A stretch of DNA of 64,000 bases from Octopus sinensis (GCF_006345805.1 NC_043002.1:63550001-63614000); one strand, 5' to 3'; shown: positions 13,582-27,693, counted from the stretch's first letter. Notes: a model not told the origin generated them from the sequence alone. Translations and numbers: made by a program.

Positions 13582-14289
13582 ATATCTATATATATATATA
13601 TATATATATATATCCATGGTCTAAAAGCAGTATAGTAGAGACCAGTGTTATGATTATTAGCTCCGATTGAAATGCATTGACCTTTAATATATTTCGTCTC
13701 AAATTTGAATGGGACCATTTCTGTCTGCCTGTCTCTCTGTCTGTCTCTCACTCTTTCAGGCTGTTTGTCTCTTGTTCGTTCTGTTTCTCTCTCTCTCATA
13801 AAGACAAACTCACGCTCTCTCTCTTTCTCTCTCTCACTCTCTCTCTATGTATATATTCTCAAAACTAAAATGTATTATACCAGATACGATGCTCCAAATG
13901 CAACAACTGTTTCATTGGCAGCATAGTCTAGGATTTCACGTCCGACTAAAGGAATGACGCGTCTTCCTTCTGCAGACACTTAACTAAATTCTGCAACACC
14001 ACGAAAGACATAAACGCCTCGATACCCGCCTCGGAAAAGACCATAGGAAATATTCATATTAAACAAGTTACATTGACCCCTCGACTCGGAAATCAACAGG
14101 CGATCGGGAATAGGCCTGCGGCTCTTGTAAATTCATCACGACGATTAAGAACATCATAATATACGCCACCAGCACCATCTGTCACCACCACCAAGTGAAA
14201 GTAATAACAATGACCGATAGTTGGAGAGTTTTCTGCACCAATAATTGCCCATCACTTTCTGCTGCTAGCCCCAAATCCAAAGTGGAATC

Positions 14290-14578
14290 ATATGCCCCAG
14301 TGGTTAGAGCAGCGGACTCTCGGTCGAGGGATCACGGGTTCGATTCTGAGACCGGGCGATGTGTGTGTTTACGAGCGAAACACCTAAGCTCCATGCGTCT
14401 CCAGCAGAAGGTAATGGCGAACTTCTGCTGACTCTTTGGCCACAACTTTCATTCTTTCCTCCTGCATCTTGTAGCTCACCTGCGACGGACCGCCGTCCCG
14501 TCCAGGTAGGGCACCTATACGCCAAGGAAACCGGGAAACCGGACGTAATGAGCCAGGCGTGGCTTAAGAAGAAGCAAA
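14290..14578 (+). mobile_element. tRNA-derived SINE with V-domain-like core
   Basis: A box cagtggttagagc, B box ggttcgattc; core cctgcgacggaccgccgtcccgtccagg resembles the V-SINE domain. Confidence 0.75.
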
Positions 14579-14784
14579 ATTCAAACAGTTTAAAATAAAA
14601 TAAGGAAATACACATTTTTTGGAATACTTCCTTCTGAAAGAGGCTAATGCGCCGAAATATAAATCTTGTAAAACATTCTAAACTGTTAGGAGCATCTTTT
14701 AAAATTTCCTTTTTCTTTCTCTACGTTTGAACTACTATGCTTCAAGCGAACTACAGTGCCCTCGTTTATATATGTGTGAGTGTG

Positions 14785-14817
<33 letters not shown>

Positions 14818-14819
<2 letters not shown>

Positions 14820-15281
14820 GAGAGGAAAAATTATAATAAAGCAGAATGCTAAATTGAAAGTAAATTTTAATAAAAATGGGTGTATGGCAAATTAAAAAAG
14901 AAAAAATAATAAATTAAACTGGTTTTCATTGCAAGGCAAATTTTCAAGATTTGGAAGGGGCAAAGACATTTTTTTTTAAATTGAGGAAGGGGAAAAAATA
15001 TATTTACAATGTTTTTTTTTTTTAAATAATAATACATAAATACAAAAATTAATAAATAAGTATACTAATACATTGTAGAGTGTTTATGCTTTTAGAGTTC
15101 AATAATAGTCCTTGGAAAAACTTCTTTGGAGGATTAGGATGCATGTGCTTAAATGTAGTGTTTAGTTTAAAAGAGTTGGGTGAATGAGTGTCAAAACAGG
15201 AAATGGGGTAGGAGTTATCCGGTTCCTATGAGTAAGGGGAGACAATTCTGTGGATTTTATGCTCTTTAATTGGACTGATAG

Positions 15282-15282
<1 letters not shown>
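14818..15282 (-). mobile_element. Penelope-like 3' remnant in (TA)n with degenerate hammerhead
   Basis: minus strand ttgaaaa-tttgc-ctt-gcaat-gaaaaccagtt near 14915-14952; T-rich pLTR-like body. Confidence 0.4.
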
Positions 15283-15321
<39 letters not shown>

Positions 15322-15422
15322 ATATATATATATATATGAGCGTGTGTGAATGTATGTATGTATATATATATAGATATATATATACATACATACACACATA
15401 CATACATACATACATAATACAT

Positions 15423-15453
<31 letters not shown>

Positions 15454-16054
15454 AAACACACACGCACACACACTCATATGTATATAAATATATAAGGAAT
15501 TTGACATAAATCAATTAAGAATTATATCTATCAATTACAAAAATAGACATAATCCCTGGCAACTGTTTCCATTCAGAGTTTAACATTATATTTTCCACCT
15601 ATTTTATTTATTTACGAAGCTACTATATGTATATATATATATATATAGATATATATTTATTTAAATATATAATATTTAAGTAAAAAACATATTTTATGTA
15701 TGATAATGTTTCTATTTTTTTCCCTAGCACCCATATTTACCTCCCCTTGACAAATATATTTATGCACACACAAGCATACCATCGCCTAAACTAAAAATAA
15801 AAACAATTTTTTCTTTGACATAAGAGATTTTCCTTACTCTCTTATTTATACAATTAACGTGTTAATTCTGTGCTTTTACAGTTTCTTTCTTCATATATTT
15901 ATTATATTATAATTGCACACAAAGCATTTTATCCCTTAGATTTTAAAATAACTATAACATTTTATAGCGTACAGTTTACGATACGATATCAGATTTATGC
16001 TGAAACATATGTATATGTGTGTGTGTATATGTGTATGCGTGTGTGTGCATGTTT

Positions 16055-16182
16055 ATGAAGGGCTTCTTTCGGTTTCCGCTCTCAAGGCTTTTGTTGGCCC
16101 AAGGAGCTACACTAGGTCCTGAAACCGGGGTGATTTGATTAGAGGGCAGTCTTTTTACAACACATTTACACGTATGCCTATA
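16055..16182 (-). mobile_element. SINE family B 5' remnant
   Basis: gggcttctttcggtttcc...caaggcttttgttggccc; degenerate. Confidence 0.6.
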
Positions 16183-16299
16183 TATTCAGAGGTGGATAGC
16201 TAAATGCAAATATAGATACATTAGAGTAGTGTATTTTCAATATCTGTATTCATACTATTAAATAATGTTATTGTTTTCATTAATTGCTGCATTATTCTT

Positions 16300-16680
16300 T
16301 AATTTACGCTTTCGCTACTTCCCCTAAACGCTTCTAGCCTGTTTATACATTTCTTTTGAGATTTGGCTGACCATTTGTAAACGATAATTAATTCTGTTTT
16401 AAACTTGATTTCTTTTCTTATTGATTCCAAACATTTATTCTCCAAGTCACAAATCTCAAATTATTTTGTAATTCTCTAGTGTTTATGTCCAATGTTTTAT
16501 ACATTACATACCTGGGTGGTATTGCTTCATACAATATTTAGTTTATGCAGGTGGGTTGTTAATAATATTTCAATATATCATTAGTGCGATTCCTAACTTA
16601 GTTATTTTTTTCTAAAGGGTTAAATATATATATTAATTGGGTTTGGTGGATTTTTGTTTATTGAATGTGAATTCTTTATA
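16300..16680 (-). pseudogene. decayed Penelope-like RT/endonuclease linker fragment
   Basis: frameshifted minus-strand peptide ...GQPNLKR/MYKQARS resembles the PLE linker motif KRQPPNLK..L..A; a ~100 bp portion (16431-16531) recurs at 16995-17100. Confidence 0.35.
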
Positions 16681-16694
16681 TTTGTTCTACATAT

Positions 16695-16981
16695 CTGTAA
16701 ATATGATATGTAACAATTATTCGGTAGCCATGAAAAAACTCCGAGTTTCGGATGTCGGGGCGGAAACCGACGCTAGCATTTCTTCAGTTATCGGACCTAG
16801 CATTTTTTCGATGGACAGATAACCGAAGGGATGCCAGCGTGGGTTTCGCCCCGACATCCGAAACTACGAGTTTTATCGTGGCTACCGATTAATTGCCGCA
16901 TATTATATTTACAGATAAATTCTTCTATTTACATAATATCGAGGTCTCTTTAATTCTTTTCTTGTCTGGCCATTTCTATTA
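16695..16981 (+). mobile_element. head-to-head inverted pLTR element with hammerhead motifs and 17-bp TSD
   Basis: arms 16693-16797 and 16813-16916; consensus GATAA-CTGAAGA-..GATG..CATCC-GAAACT.CGAGTT-TTATC; TSD atattt(g/a)ttctacatat at 16678-16694 and 16982-16998. Confidence 0.8.
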
Positions 16982-17134
16982 ATATTTATTCTACATATTT
17001 ATTCTCCAAGTTACAGATTTCAAATTATTTTGTAATTTCTCTACTGGTTATGTCCTATATATTATACAGTACTTACTTGGGTTGTATTGTTTTATACTGC
17101 ATTCGAAAACCGTTCATACATTTTCACATATGTG

Positions 17135-17810
17135 AAGGCGGTGATCTGACATTAGCACACCGGTGAAAATGATAAATGGCATTTCGCCAGTCCTTAGATT
17201 CTGAGTTCAAATTCCACCAGGGTCGACCTCTCCGTTCATTCTTTCGGGGTCGATAAAATAAAGTACCAGTTTAACAATGGAACCGATGTAATTGACATAA
17301 CCTCACCCATGAAATTACTGGGCTTGTGCCAAATTTTAAGCCAATATATGTAAGTATACAAACTATCAGAATCGCTAGTACGTCGGAGAAAATGCTTAGC
17401 GGTATTACGTTCGTGTTGGAAGACAGCGAGCTGGCAAAAACATTAAGCACGCCAGGCGAAATGTCTTGTGGTATTTAGTCTGCCGCTACGTTCTGAGTTC
17501 AAATTCCGCCGAGGTCGACTTTGCCTTTCATCCTTTCAGGGTCGGTTAAATAAGTGCTAGTTACGCACTGGGTCTATATATTCAACTTAATCCGTCTGTC
17601 TATCCTTGTTTGTCTTCTCTGTGTTTAGCTCCTTCTGGGTAGTAAAAAATAGAAATGGGTATTACGTCCGTTTTTACGAACTGAGTTCAAATCCCACCGT
17701 GTACGATTTTGTCTTTCGTCCTTGTGAAGTAGATAAAATAAGTACCAGCTGAGGACTGTGGTAGATGTATTCGACATATACACTTCTTCGAAATCGTTGA
17801 AATCAATATA
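17135..17810 (+). mobile_element. cluster of 3-4 SINE family A copies or fragments
   Basis: repeated ttctgagttcaaattcc.cc.aggtcgac...aaataagtaccag. Confidence 0.85.
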
Positions 17811-18309
17811 CACAGCTGTTCAATTATGATTATAACCGACTATAATGTATATATAACCTATATACAGTTTCCCTGAAAGTAATTATTGGAAGACAAAACC
17901 ACGTTACTTAAATTTTGAGAAGATTACTTTTATTGGTATAATTTTACTTTTTTCGATAGATGATAGCGCCCATCGGGACAACATCATGGAAGGTTGTGAA
18001 TGAGCAAGCCCAGACAATACGATAATTTTAGATAGAGGTAAACAAAGCAATGTCGGTTGTTAAATGGAAGGGGTCAAAGACAAGCATATTCACACAGATA
18101 CTCGCACAAACACACATATACACATACGCACGCACCAATAAACACACTCAGACACACATGCACACATATGCATGTATAGTACAACTTCAATTTAGATAAA
18201 TCTATATAAATGATTCTCACTTCCTGATAATAAAAAATAATTATCTCTTCTAATTTAAATGCAGTGAGTGAGGAACTGTATCCATTCGCATTGTATATGG
18301 ACTTATGTC

Positions 18310-18909
18310 ACTTCGAAACTCCAAAACGTAGATAAGTTTTGTTACATAGATAAGTTTACGAGTACGTTTCACGCTTTAGAAATTGTGAATTGTCGCTGGA
18401 AAACCAACCTCGTTCAGGGCGATTGTCGACCACCCGAACGAATGAAAACATCATGGAAATTCATGAACTGATCTTGGAGGATAAACACCGAACATATGAC
18501 GAACTTGTAATATTATTGATGTGTCTTGCAACTCCTGCCAATAAATTTTGAATGTGAGCAAAATCTGTGCCTCGTTTGCTCAGAGAAGATGAAAATCAGT
18601 CGCGACTGAATGCGTGTCGTGAACTGAAAGAATATTTGGAAATTGATCCAGAACTTTGTTCTGAGTTCATCACTGATGACGTGAGATGGTCTACAGAATT
18701 AGCAGATGTGGAAAAGGTGGGAAAAAAACCCCCAAAAACAAGGGAGACAATAAAAGGAATCATTTCGCAAAGTTCCATGAATACTTCGAACTGTGGAACG
18801 CGCACATTGACTGATCTGGTGCTGCAGATGGAGTATGCTTTGCAGGTGATAAAGGTGTAAACACGTAAAACTAAGTTAATAACATAATATTGCTGGGTAT
18901 CCCCTCGTA
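18310..18909 (+). mobile_element. internally deleted mariner transposon remnant (transposase pseudogene plus right TIR)
   Basis: VYEYVSRFRNCELSLENQPRSGRLSTTRTNENIMEIHELILEDKHRTYDELV; VPRLL..RLNACRELKEYLEIDPELCSEFITDDVRW (WVPRLL and ITGDESW motifs); ends ..gggtatcccctcgTA. Confidence 0.85.
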
Positions 18910-19061
18910 CACGCAAGCATACATACACACATACATACTATATCTCATATACACGTGTATCTATGCGCGCGCGTGTGTGTTTATTGATCAAAACAATTTG
19001 AATTAAACCCATTTGTACTCTGTGTTTCAAGCGTGATGTTTATATTCGGGCATACACACTA

Positions 19062-19104
<43 letters not shown>

Positions 19105-19199
19105 ATATATATATATTTGTGTATATATATATATATGCATGCATATTATGTATTTATCTACATATATGTATATATACAAATATATATATATGTATTCTG

Positions 19200-19555
19200 T
19201 GGGCGCAGTATAGATGAATTTTTGAGAAGTTTGCTTGTCATGTCCATGGTGGTTGCTTGTGGTGCACTTATTGACATCTCGGGCAACTATTCTTTTCTTC
19301 AGCCTTGGCGTGACCCAAAACAGTGCTTATGAGTGGCAATTGAAACAACGTAGGAGCTCTACAATAAATCGTTGGATGGAATTTATTTGTAATCTAAAGC
19401 GTATGACTTCGACATACAAGCTGTGTCGTACTCATTATACTTTGCATCTTCCTTCAGCACATGCCTGTCGGTTGCGTGGACAGTAAATTACACGCCAATT
19501 CAATCCGAACCAACAACTGAATCCTCGTAGTCGAACTACAGAGCTCCACATCTGG
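19200..19555 (+). mobile_element. old CORE-like SINE copy
   Basis: gaagtttgcttg..catggtgg..ctcgggcaactattctt; heavily diverged. Confidence 0.45.
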
Positions 19556-19908
19556 AGTAAATGTATTTAAATGTTATTGCAAGGTTAACATTGAGAAATG
19601 GCAAGGGTGAAACAGAATCATACAATTATACGCTCACATGGGCAAATAAATTCATATTTGCATTCATATATATTTTTTCCCTTACTCAATTTATTTATTT
19701 ACGTTGTTTCATATCTGCTTTCAGATAATTCGTTAAAGATTTCCAACTGACTAATCATTGGTTACTTGCAATTCACATGGCGAGAATGTCAAGAAGATAT
19801 CACTCCCAGAAGAAGAAGTTACTAAGGGAATTGAACACACAAAGACACACATACAACACACTAATATATACTCTCACTAATGTTCTTCGATGCACCCCAC
19901 AGAAACGC

Positions 19909-19957
<49 letters not shown>

Positions 19958-20324
19958 TATATATATATATGCATATATATATGTGCATATATATATATAT
20001 ATATATATATGTATTCAGATAGATAGATAGATAGATAGAGAGGCAGAGAAAGAGAGAGAGGGTGAGAGAGAGAGAAAGACAGAGAAAGTCAGGTAACTGA
20101 ATTGTCCAGTAGCACAGAGTTTTATCGATTCCAATCATTTACTGGTTCCTCTTATAGAAACTGGAAATAAGAAACTGAAAATAAGTCGTGGGTGTCATTG
20201 TGTAATTTAGACGCGCAATGAAAACTTACTTAACTTCTTAACATATATGTATTGTGGTGCGTTAATGGTTCTGCATATGCAAGGCTTCCAAACACATTTA
20301 ATGTTACAGCGCTGTTGTGAGACC

Positions 20325-20425
20325 ATCGGATTTAAAATCATGAGGTCGTAGATTCGATTCCCGAAATGGGGTCTGTGTTGTGTTCTTGAACAAGACAACG
20401 TATTCCACGCAACTCAAGTCACCAG
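20325..20425 (+). mobile_element. tRNA-derived SINE head fragment (family of 48160-48495)
   Basis: gaggtcgtagattcgattcccg...tgttgtgttcttgaacaagaca. Confidence 0.55.
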
Positions 20426-20485
20426 ATTACCCCAACAAATCAGAATATGTTGCCACACATCATGACACTTGTGTCGTCTTATTTA

Positions 20486-20597
20486 TCTAATAATGAAGTC
20501 CGGTATTTAATAATAAGTCTAATAATGATTTCCAGTATTTAATAAGTCTAATAATGCCTTCCGGTATTTAATAATAAGTCTAATAATGACTTCCTGT
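20486..20597 (+). repeat. minisatellite, 29-32 bp unit x ~3.5
   Basis: tctaataatg..ttccggtatttaataataag repeated. Confidence 0.9.
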
Positions 20598-20634
20598 CAA
20601 TGTATAGTGTTATAATTTTTCGAAAACTATTGAC

Positions 20635-20830
20635 GTTGAGCTGGTGGAAACGTTAACACGCCGGATAAAATGCATAGCGGCATTGTCATCGGTATTAAGT
20701 TTTACATTACATCCTGGGTCAACTTTACATCCCGGGTCACATCATTTCGTGGTCGATAAAGTAAGTATCAGCTAAGTACTGGGATCCATTTAGTCAAAAC
20801 CCCTCCCCCGACATCGCTGGCCTTGTGAAT
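20635..20830 (+). mobile_element. SINE family A, diverged
   Basis: gagctggtggaaacgttaacacgccgg...ggtcgataaagtaagtatcag. Confidence 0.75.
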
Positions 20831-20949
20831 ATTATATATTTTGGTCTACGTCGTGCGTTTCTTGTTATTTGATAAATAAGTAAATAATACGAAAATATAT
20901 TAAATCTAACTTCGATGGCCGGTATGACAATGGTGATATTATTGGTTTT

Positions 20950-21176
20950 ATATACTTTTAATTGTTTCAGCCATTTGACTGCAGCCATGCTGGAGCACAA
21001 CCTTCAGTCGAACAAATCAACCCCAGGACTTATTCTATCGGTATCTTTTGCCGAAGCGTTAGCTAACGGCGTCGTAAACACACCAGCATCGGCTGTCAAA
21101 GGCGGGTTGGGAGGACAAATACAAACCAAATTAACAAACACACACATACATATATATATACATACATATACATACA

Positions 21177-21208
<32 letters not shown>

Positions 21209-21390
21209 CATACATATATATATATATATGGCGGGTTTCTTTCAGTTTCAGTCTACCAAATCCACTCACAAGATTTTGGTCTGCCCGAGGCTAAAGTTGA
21301 AGACACTCGCCCAAGTTGCCACACAGCGGAACTGAACCCCGAACCATGTGGTTGAGAAGCAATCTTCTTACCACACAGTCACTCCTGCCA
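20950..21390 (-). mobile_element. SINE family B full length
   Basis: reverse complement of the 50695-51130 copy, from head to tail. Confidence 0.9.
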
Positions 21391-21696
21391 CTTGATAAAG
21401 AGACGAAGCGATATATTTGGTATTCCATGGTCGATTTTTTCTTGTTTTAATAACAAATTATTACATGAAATATACTTTTGAAATATTAATGAAATACCAT
21501 AAAAGAAACATTTCAGGTTTTTGCCATGGGTTTGCAACAAATAGGATAATTTAGATGTTTCGTTTCAAGGATTAGGTGAAGCGTAAACTCAATGACTTGG
21601 CGCTCAAACAGAATGAATGGTTGGCTCTGATACTATGAATAGAGAGATAGAGAGAATCGGAAAAATAAAGATAGCGACATCAATGAAGAAATGAAC

Positions 21697-21761
<65 letters not shown>

Positions 21762-22639
21762 GAAAGAGAGAGATATTGAAATAGCGAGTGATGGCTGATG
21801 ATAGAAATTAGAAGAGCGATATAATCTTATACAACGGTAATACGGTACGGCAGATAGGAATGTATTGAAATTAACATTTTGAAAATCCCCGAAATGATGG
21901 AGGAGAAAACGGCTGTTTTATATTCAGCTTTGATAATTTAGGAGATAATAATCGCTTTAAAAAGTAGTAAAACGAAAGAAATTGATAGACCTCTGAAAAT
22001 GACTGGTTTGCATTCAAACCAATCAGGGTTTCTTTTTGAGGTTGCACGACAGTTTAGCAATAACAGACAGTTATATCTCATTTCAAGCATTGTGACTATA
22101 AAACAAATAATGAAAGACGCTTGATAATCTATGCGAATAAAAAAATCGTATAAAATTTCTATGAAACAAAATGTGACCACTAGTTAAGCATTTTGTATTT
22201 TCTTCCATATTTATAGAGTGAAAATTTTACCAGTTAAGAAGTATAATATGTAGCCAAATTGCGATAAAAGGATACGCAAAGTTACAAAATTATCGCTTCC
22301 GTTAATACAATTAACGAAGGCGTCATTATAACGTTTGGTTAATAACATAAGATGCGGTTAATACAATTGGACGGGGTTAACATAGCAAAAATTATGATAC
22401 GTGAAAAACACACAAAAACACTCCCGGAGGCACCATATTATCGATAGCCATCCGAATGTGACAAACTCTTCTTTAAGAAGGGTTTCTGTATATGGGCTTG
22501 TGTGAAAGAATACATCGTATATAATATCGAATGGGTTCCTGTGACAGAGAGACAGACAGACAGGCTTTTCGATGATTTTGCACTTTCTCAGTTACAAACA
22601 AAATATTCCTAGAAACGTCTCACTTGCATGCCACTTGTA

Positions 22640-23060
22640 ATATTGTAGTAGTAGTACTGGTAGCAGTAATGGTGGTGCTGCTGTTGTTGTTAGTAGTAGT
22701 AGTATCAGTATTAGTATTAGCAGTAGCAGTAGCAGTATTAGTAGTAATTTTCGTTGTAGCAGTAGCAGTAACAGCAGCAGCAGAAATAGCTGTTGGTGTT
22801 GTTAGTAGTAGTAGCGCTGGTAGCAGTAATGGTGGTGCTGTTGTTGTTAGTTGTAGTAGTAGTAGCAGCAGTAGTAGTAGTAGTTGTTGGTGGTTGGTTT
22901 TGATGATAGTAGTAGTAATGGTAGAAGCACTGGTAGCAGTAATGGTGGTGCTGTTGTTGTTAGTTGTAGTAGTAATAGTAGTAGTAGCAGTACTAGTTGT
23001 TTGTGGTGTTGGTTGTGATGGTAGTAGTTGTTGTAGTAGTGGTCTTAGCAAGAGCAATAA
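22640..23060. repeat. (GTA/GCA/GTT)n compound microsatellite with internal ~30 bp duplications
   Basis: ctggtagcagtaatggtggtgctgttgttgttag occurs three times, near-identical. Confidence 0.9.
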
Positions 23061-23599
23061 TGGTATTCTGTTTGGCCATTTATGTTACCCTTGAATTCTG
23101 AGTTATCACTATTTTCTATCCTCTTCACTCTTTCCCTTCTTATCCTTCTCTTTCTCATCACTTTTGCATCCAGGATTTACTTTCCTTATTATTACAGTTC
23201 TGCGCTTTCCCTATCTCACACTCAACGCCGTCGCCGCCGAAATAATCAATGTCGTTTCGTTCGCCTTCCTATTCAGCCAAGAGTCCATCATTCGCCAATA
23301 TACTTTCCAGTATAAGAAAGATATATGTGAAACACGTCGTTGAAATGATTAAAGTATTTCCATTTTATGTTTATGAAATATGCACATTCGTGCCAGGATC
23401 TATTATCAGTTCAGAAGAAGAGAGAGAAATAAAGCGCTTTTCGTTTGCGAAAACCAATGGGGTTTACTTTGTTTTATTCAAATTAAACAATACTTCTCAT
23501 ACACTGGGAGTGAATTGCGATCCGGATGTGGTACCATACATTTATGAAGTTTGTTTTTAAAAAGAGATAACGCGACAGAAATATACTCTGTAATGTTAG

Positions 23600-23962
23600 T
23601 TTACTCTTTTACTTGTTTCAGTCATTTGACTGCGGTCATGCTGGAGCACAACCTTAATCGAGCAAGTCAACCCCAGGACTTATTCTTTGTAAGCATAGTA
23701 CATATTCTATCAGTCTATTTTGCCGAACCGCTAAGTTATGGGGATGTAAACACACAAGCATCGTTTGTCAAGCGATGTTGAGGGGACAAACACAGACACA
23801 CAAACACACACATACACACACATATATATATACATATACATATATACGACGGGCTTCTTTCAGTTTCCGTCTATCAAATTCACTCACAAGGCGTTGGTCG
23901 GCCCGACACTATAGTAGAAGACACTTGCCTAAAGTCCAACGCGGTGGGACTGAACCCAAAAC
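23600..23962 (-). mobile_element. SINE family B, 5' head truncated
   Basis: tactcttttacttgtttcagtcatttgactgcgg...gggactgaaccc. Confidence 0.9.
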
Positions 23963-26209
23963 TCGATCCCTACCTAGAGATCGCAAATACGAAGCACAAT
24001 GGACACAGCTTAGTGCCGATTTGGCATTGATGGTGAGTGATAGATAAAAATCACCATGGACTGAAAACACTTCCTGACCTGGTCAATAAGACAAACGGAA
24101 TTATTCCTCCTTTTGTGTAATGAAATGAGAACCTCTTCAAAATAAAATTCCCAGGTAATACGTACAACTGTGAACGTAAAAATTATTCAAAGTCGTGAAT
24201 GAAAATTTCAAAGAAATACCAAGCAACATGGTGGCCACACAATCTAGACAGCAACAAATGAGAACTTGGAGCTCCCAAACGTCTAAACGGTAAACGAAAT
24301 AAGTTATTTGCATTCATAAGCGGCAGAAGAGACGAAAAATTAAGTGTGAGACAGCCCCTACCAACGCCAAGAACAGCAACAGCATAATTCAAACGACACA
24401 CACATTTCCGAGCTCACATCATTACCTTCAAATATGCTTATAAACTTGCAAGAATATGAAGCTTATGGGTTGGGGGTTGACGAACGAAGGCTGAGTGAAT
24501 CTTGAGGAAAAGCGAAGTATATATCATTACTACAAAAAAATATGCAATTTGTAGAGGCAGCAACTTTGGGAAAATCTCCGGTAGAGAGCACTGGGGATCC
24601 ATTTTTTATGTAGAAGATACACTCTTCCTTGATAAAGACTTCTACAGCGAGAGAGAGAATCTGTAAAGGTTGATCTACGTCTCTCACGCATGCACCCATC
24701 TTTTCTTAGGTCTGAATTTCAGCAATGGGCTATCGACATTTCTTAACGCTTTTAATAAAAGGCGTTCAGAAAGTAAAATCGCAAAGAAATGTGAGGAGTG
24801 ATATACAACAATATTAAATGACCCTCGGTTAAAACCGGTACGAACATCCTATCATTAACACCAGTATCCAAAGGCGTTCAACCTCGATAGAATATTATAT
24901 ACTGAGTGGTATAATTACCTGACAATTTACGTATTAAAGAAATCAATAGCTATCAGATGAAAAGGTTGCTTCCTTCGAATATACGAAATCAATATTGTCA
25001 CTGATGCATTACTTTATATTAATAATATTTTTGTGTTTATAGCTCTCAAATGCAGTACCATCGACTTTTTATTCTCAACGATTTCCCGTTGTTTCTATTT
25101 CCATTTTTATTTTATTTGGCAGTAAGATGTTCATATTTATAATTAAGATTATAAGTATAATTATAATAATTACTATGCGAAATTTTATTGATTTTTAATT
25201 CTTGTTGTTGTTTTCGTAAGAGTTGATAACGAACAGAGCAGAAATTTCTTTTGTCACTAAACATTTTTATTACGCATATCTCCAATCCTTTATCTTTTCC
25301 ATTATTCTGTTTAACTAACACATTTTACTGTTTGTTTCTGTAAGATTAGGTAAACCTATTATCAAAGAACGCATTAATCAAATAATCCAGAAAATCAAAA
25401 AAAAAAACCCCAAAAAAACAAGTAAGGCTAAAAAGATTCTGGTTTTATTTGTAGAATTAACACTTGCTTCGTTTTCGTCAAGGTTATTCATTGCGGTTAT
25501 TCACCGATTGAGATTTTATGTTACGTGATAATTCGCATCATATATAAGTGAAAATGAAAATAACAATCTGGTTAAAAGTTAGTGCCGGAGGTGAACTAAT
25601 ATCGATGTTTTCAACATGCTGCTCTTCAGTCAAGCGAAAGAATGGTTAAATTTATATGAAATCGAATCTAATCAGAGATAATGCAATGCGTTTGCAAACT
25701 ATTTTTATATTTTTCTTTTCTTCTCTTGTTTATTACGCGGCAATCTACGGTGAAGTATAGGTTGCTATTTTCCTTTTTATGAAGATCCCTATCTACATGT
25801 TTCAGACCTTTTTGTTTAGGGAAGGCGACAAAAAAATCAACATTGACAAAACGATACTAAAATAGATTCTTAGATATCGAATGAACGATGATCATAGATT
25901 ATGTAAATATTGTCAATAGTATTAATGACAGCGATAGAGATCTATATTATTACAGTTTTGAAACTAAATGTTCCGCGCAGTCATTATCAGTCAATGATTT
26001 GGGTTGATTGAATTTAGGAAAACTGTAGTTAATTTCATGCGCCAATTTTAGAAATTGAATTATTTTAGATCTCGTTATTATATTGGGATATTTTGATGCA
26101 CAATAGAGCGCAGGTGCTTTGTTTTCACTTGGCGCTTCTTTATTATTATTGTTGTTGTCGCTGCTACTACCGCTGCTGTTATTGTTGTAGTTGTTGTTGT
26201 TGTTGTTGC

Positions 26210-26748
26210 TGTGTTGTATCTATAGCAATGCAAGAAGTACGTCTATAGTTCACGCTTGTGTTATTTTACTTAATATAATAAGTAGCTGAATCTAGTAAGG
26301 ATTTTGAATGTATTTCTGTGCATCAATTTCTAACAGTTATGAAAACATATAGCATGATAGTAACTGCTTCTATTCTCACTCAACACATTTATTCTCGACA
26401 ATAGTATTCATATATTTTCTGCACTTCACTTCAAAATATAGACCACAGCTGCTTAACTTCCGAAGCTAACCAGTCTTTTCTCTCAACTTTCCTTTCTTCC
26501 TTATCGTAAACCTTGTTGTCAGTTGGGTTCTCAATATCTATGATGCAGCATAGTTTGTTTTCTTTCTCAATTAAGACTATATCTGGCTTCCTATTCTGTA
26601 TCTCATGGGCGCACTGAATCATAAAATCCCATAGGATCTTTGCATGTCTATTTTCCACGATGCCTTCAGGTTTGTGGTCGTAGCAATTGTTTGCTTTGTC
26701 AAGACCATACTTGTAGCAATGTACCCAATGGAAAACCTGGCTATTACT

Positions 26749-26750
<2 letters not shown>
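26210..26750 (-). mobile_element. R4/Dong-type RLE LINE 3' fragment 1
   Basis: HW..CYKYGLDKANNCYDHKPEGIVENRHAKILWDFMIQCAHEIQNRKPDIVLIEKENKLCCIID (PD..D restriction-like endonuclease). Confidence 0.85.
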
Positions 26751-26811
<61 letters not shown>

Positions 26812-26825
26812 TTATTATTATTATT

Positions 26826-27548
26826 ATTCCTTCTTTCTTCAAATTTTCTTCCGTTCCTCGCCAAGTGTTTTCCGTACACCTAGGGTAGATAAGCTCATTG
26901 TATGCATTCCCAGATTACACACGCTAATTCACAGGCAAAATAAGCATTTAAAAAATGAATGAATAAATAAATTCATGAATGATTGTTGTTTTCACAGCGA
27001 TAATGCTCTTCTCAGTACATGAGCCGTTCCAGTTAACACGATTTTTTGGCAATTCTTGTAGGGATGGTAAGCCTGGTATCATTTTCAAATAGGTTTCAGT
27101 ACCTATTTTTTTTATCATTCCTAGAGATCCTACAATCACTGGTACTGTAGTCGCCTTGAGATGCCACATTTTTTCAATTACTATTAGCAAGTCTTTATAT
27201 TTACCAATCTTGTCAAATTCTTTCGCCGCTATATTGTGATCGCAAGGAATAGTCATGTCAATTAATAAACACATTCTTTTTGTCTGATGTATTATGATAA
27301 TATCCGGTTTATTAGGTTTTATAGTTTTGTCGGTATTTAAGAGGAAGTCCCATAGAATCGACACATTTCCTCCCTCAGTCACAGCTTCAGGATGGTGTTT
27401 ATACCATTTGTTAGCGGTTTTGATTGTATAATACCGACATATTGTCCAGTGTAATTACTGGTCAACCCAGTCATGTCTTGCTTTATATTCTACAGGTGCT
27501 AAGACTCTACACCCTGAGATTAGTTGGTCTATTGTTTCAATCTCTATC
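26826..27548 (-). mobile_element. R4/Dong-type RLE LINE 3' fragment 2 with 3' UTR and (TAA)n tail
   Basis: ETIDQLISGCRVLAPVEYKARHDWV..HWTIC..KWYKHHPEAVTEGGNVSILWDF..KPDIII..LIDMTIP..KYKDL..MW..VPVIVGSLG. Confidence 0.92.
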
Positions 27549-27587
27549 ATTATTATTATTATTACTGTCATCATTATCATTGTTATT

Positions 27588-27693
<106 letters not shown>

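Noticed and set aside
14290-14365. tRNA-like sequences (also 48430-48495 and 37332-37406)
   Set aside because: They lack complete acceptor stems and run directly into repeat bodies, so they are SINE heads rather than tRNA genes.
20486-20597. Short repeats with slightly variable interiors, superficially CRISPR-like (also 60113-60206 and 44490-44595)
   Set aside because: The units are contiguous or homologous without unique spacers, the context is eukaryotic, and there are no cas genes; they are minisatellites.
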